NCBI GenBank assembly: GCA_964057225.1
Contig: OZ059899.1
Span: forward strand, 6,138,001 to 6,202,000
Source: Auanema rhodensis
Taxonomy: Eukaryota > Animalia > Nematoda
DNA: 64,000 nucleotides
Direction of reading: 5' to 3'
The position numbers and the translations under genes were made by a program. The first letter of the stretch is position 1; each line of letters begins with the position of its first letter. Below, piece after piece: positions 60,123 through 64,000 of this stretch. The notes beneath the pieces are model-generated. The model ran no database searches and was not told the DNA's origin. It worked only from the letters and a program-made list of their open reading frames with translations.

Positions 60123-60731
60123 TTCTCTAATACTGATAAAACTAACTCAACAAATCATCCTTATATAATCTGAAGCAATGTAATGAAAATGATAAGTTAT
60201 CTATTAGTTTCTTTGCGTCGTCAACGAACTTCTCTCCAAGAAGATTAGAAAAGATGCACCTTACTCTAAACAGTGATTCATAGGATTTAGATTTATATCA
60301 TTATTCGTATATTTCATATTAGATACTGATGATAACTGTTTATCAGCATTTTCATTATTTTCAGTATGACCGAGACAGACCCACTGATTACTAATCGGAA
60401 ATGAGATGATAATTTGAATTGCTTATCTTTTTTTTGTCTCAAAATTCGACCTACACTAGGTGTTCTTCTTAATTATTCTATGGTAAGTTTAACCTTAAAT
60501 AATTAATTAAATTAATGATAGTTTATAAATAAAATTTATATATATATATATAGTAATAGTTTAAAAGAAAAAAACGTATACTTTATTAATTTAGAAAATA
60601 AAATTGCTTATTAATTCTTTTTATTTATTTTCTTTAAAAAATGATAGAAATATATATATTTTTCATATATATATATATATATATGAAAACTTAATTCTTA
60701 ATTAATTAAATAATCAAACAACAATATTCAG

Positions 60732-61655
60732 AAGTTTTATTCAATATTAAAGATAAATTTTTAAAGTTTAACTGCAAATAAATAAATAATTTATAATAAT
60801 TGAGATATGAAACTCATACTTTTGAGTTATTTTTTCCTGAAAACATTAAAATAAGATCATTTGATCAAAAAATGCTTGGATGTTGTTGGAAAAAGTTGGA
60901 AACTTATTGATATTCTTTCTCACTCTCTTTCTTCGTAAAAAAATGTTTTATTGTGATAAGTTTTATAATTTTTAAAAAAAAATATAAATTTCAATATATT
61001 ATGTATGTGTGTATGTAGTATAATATATTATAATATATAAAACTACTATAATCTTCAAACAAAGATTATTATTTTAGATATAAGATTAAAATTATCATTA
61101 AAACAAACTAATCATTCTAGATTTTCAAAAAGAAATTATCAGAAAAATATTTATTGAATCACCATCCAAGGATTAATTGTTCAAAATATATAATCATAAG
61201 AAAGAAAAGAAATATATATATATATATATATATCATATAAAATATAAATAATATTATTATTTTATATTTAACCCGTTATAATTTGAAATTAAAAAATGAG
61301 ATAATTTTATATTTAAATTCTTTTTGTTAAAATACATATACATACATACTATATGATAAGATTAGTCATATATATCTCAATTTTTTCATTATAAATATGA
61401 GTTAATTATAAAAAATAATAAAAAGAATCATCAAATATTGATAGTTATACATTCAAAGATACATACATATATGTTAAAGTTGGGCACGACTCCAAAGTCG
61501 AATTTTGATTATCGACTGGAGTCGAAAGTCGAAAAAATTTAGGGGAAATGTTGTTCTGGTCTCAAAAGTATGAGTTTAATATCTCAATTATTATAAATTA
61601 TTTATTTATTTGCAGTTAAACTTTAAAAAGTTATCTTTAATATTGAATAAAACTT
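60732..61655. repeat. Inverted repeat: 95 bp arms (60732-60826 and 61561-61655) with a 734 bp spacer
   Basis: The arms are reverse complements with only two mismatches by manual alignment. Confidence 0.92.
61475..61560 (+). mobile_element. Probable DNA-transposon terminus remnant (hAT/MITE-like)
   Basis: Abrupt GC-richer block TAAAGTTGGGCACGACT followed by several AGTCGA/TCGACT subterminal repeats, running directly into the right arm of the inverted repeat. No partner end, target-site duplication or transposase was found. Confidence 0.45.
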
Positions 61656-61847
61656 ATATAGATATATTGTATATATTTATGGCACAAAACATATTACTTA
61701 CTAAACTTAATCATATGTTAATACATAAGTTTAATGATGTTTTCTTTTATTTTTATAATCATTTATAAGAATTAGATAATAATATTGAATTATATAAAAG
61801 TTTAAAAAAATAATGATAAGCAACAAGAAAATAGTAATAGTGATCCT

Positions 61848-63729
61848 TTAAAGCCTTTCATCAATTGTTGATCGTCTCCAATTATTATCACTATGTCTAT
61901 TATGCCATTGACATTTAATAATTCGTAGATATGTTTTACGATATCTGTATAAATATAAATTATTAACTTAATATAAGTTTTTTTTAATTTACGTAGGATT
62001 TCCCATTGCATAGCATATTGGATTCAATGTCGAATTCACATAACACAATGAATAAGCAAACGACCACAACCATGCTGGTGTGGAACGAGGGTTGAAAATT
62101 TCCCACATTACAAGAACTGAAAAAAAGTTGTTTTGTTTATATGTTATATGAGGAAATATGTTACAATCGTATGGCAACCATGTGATGAAAAAGGCCATAG
62201 TGATAGCAAACAATGTCCGAGCTGCTTTGAGTTCTGGCCGTCGAACCTTTTTCTTAACTTCTTTTACTTTCTCCTCACCAGGTGTTGTAGCAAATTCTAT
62301 AAACATTTTTTTCTTCAACTACCAATGACAACAACATGTATGATAATATGAAAGTTCTATCTTACCTGGACAGATTGATCGAACAGAAATTTTCTAAAAT
62401 ACAAGTAAAATATAAGAAATCTAAAAAGTAATATCTGAAATACCTTTGATTCTTTGAAATTATTTCCAAATACTTTCGCACGTTTTTTTGCAACAGCATA
62501 AACACGACAATATAAGATTGTCATAATTATTATTGGAATATAAAAAGCACAACATGCAGTTACAAATGTAATATAAGGACTTGTCTCCAAAAATTGTATA
62601 TAGCATGAGCCTTCAGGTTCAACAAACTTTCCTGAAACATATTCTGCGAATATTAGTGTGTGTATATGTTGTTAGTAATTATAAAAATAAAGATTACCAT
62701 CAATATATGGCCATCCGATAATCCATGGTGGCCATAATAAAGCTGAGATTATATAAGTTGCCGCAATCATTAAAAATGCTTTCTTTCTTGTTCTTCTTTA
62801 ATATTTAAAAGTTTGTTAGTATTTGATTTAAACATCTATTTTCCTCACTTTGGACGATATGTTAATGGTCTTGTTACTGACAAGTAACGATCTATTGATA
62901 TCAAAACCAAGTTCATTACAGATGAATTACTCATTAAGTAATCCATACAAAGCCAAAATTGGCATAATGTATATCCAATATTCCATGATCCAACAGCTGT
63001 GTAATATGTCATAAAGGGTATTGAAATCATGCCTGAAGTACAATATTGAGTAGTTTAACTCTAAACTATGTTGTTTTTGAATTTCGTCACCCAAAATAAC
63101 CTTCTAATGTTCCGAATGACTTATATAATGCGTCAATAAAAGATGTTAGAAAACAAATTCTGGAACTCAAATTCGCGAAACAGACATAGTAATATGACTG
63201 TTGTTGTACTACTGAGCCTAAGTTAGCCAGAAAAACTGTTTTTGAATCATAGATCTTTAAAAGTTCTAATTGACGAAGTTTGAGTATGAGTACATTCATT
63301 TGTACAAAATTATAAATTTTGTTTTTCAATCTCTCTATGAAAATATCAATGAAACTGGTTATTTTTTCTGTTTTTTTACACTGATAATCATTTCTTGTGG
63401 AAGAAATAAATGAAAAAAACTTTGAATTACCAATAAACATATCGGCAACGGCAAGACTGAAAAGAAAGTAATTGGTGACGGACTGAAGATTTCTATCAAT
63501 TTTGAAGCTGAGCAAAACCTAAAATCCTCATATAGTACTTGATGAAATAAACTATAATTATCAATACCATTAGATTTCCAATTAAGGTTGTTGATGACAA
63601 CAACACTCCGGCAATAATAATAGCATAAAAACCTGGAGTATGGATAGACGGTTCATCTTCCGCATTTTCTGGAGCCGCAATAAAGAAATCAGCTGGATTT
63701 GTCCAATTCTGGGATGTTACATTGGACAT
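61848..63729 (-). CDS. Muscarinic acetylcholine receptor-like GPCR (GAR-3-like), atypical
   Basis: Nine exons: [30 protein letters not shown]; TM3 WLCMDYLMSNSSVMNLVLISIDRY; ECL2 CYIQFL; TM5 AFYIP; TM6 KAARTL..FITWLPYD; TM7 LCYVNSTLNPICYA. Stop at 61848-61850. Symbol withheld because it may be a divergent paralog. Confidence 0.92.
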
Positions 63730-64000
63730 CTAAAATGATGTAGGTCGATATTAGTATAATTGAAAAAAAATTAAAACAAGAAGTAAATTCTTGGTATAGA
63801 ATTAACTATAACATATAAATTTCCGATACTATACATTAGTATATAGGTATACTTATGAACGTATGTAGTTGTATCTTGGATAATAATGATTAAAATGACA
63901 ACTTTGAAACGATCCTATATGTTAGAAAACTAGTTAAAAATATAGGTAAGTCTGATTATCAATTTACCATCTACTGTTAAAAATACAATATGCATGTCTA

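Overview
This is AT-rich eukaryotic genomic DNA from a nematode, probably a rhabditid: introns are mostly 40-60 nt, acceptors are TTTCAG/TTTTAG, and 3' splice sites sit at or near most start codons, as expected for SL trans-splicing. The ORF track is mostly exon fragments or noise, so gene models were spliced by hand. Genes, in order: (1) a single-pass receptor tyrosine pseudokinase (-, 4764-10821); (2) a ~20 kb gene-poor, E-box-rich region containing only tRNA-Pro(UGG); (3) pag-3/Gfi1/Senseless (-), followed by ~9 kb of upstream sequence; (4) a compact + strand trio of cdk-8, the ATP synthase inhibitor IF1 and a C2H2 zinc-finger gene; (5) a serpentine chemoreceptor with its decayed tandem paralog; (6) a secreted EGF-VWD-TIL-fibrinogen protein; (7) a ~95 bp inverted repeat next to a transposon-like end; (8) an atypical muscarinic (GAR-3-like) receptor. 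The best leads are the muscarinic receptor (Asn6.52 replaced by Asp, very short third loop), the kinase-dead receptor with clustered miRNA seed sites in its 3' UTR, a dispersed ~11 bp TTCACGTAAAA motif family, paired Gfi1 sites in pag-3 intron 1, and several GC-rich structured islands. No CRISPR array, rRNA or intact transposase was seen, and no new biological system can be established from the sequence alone.
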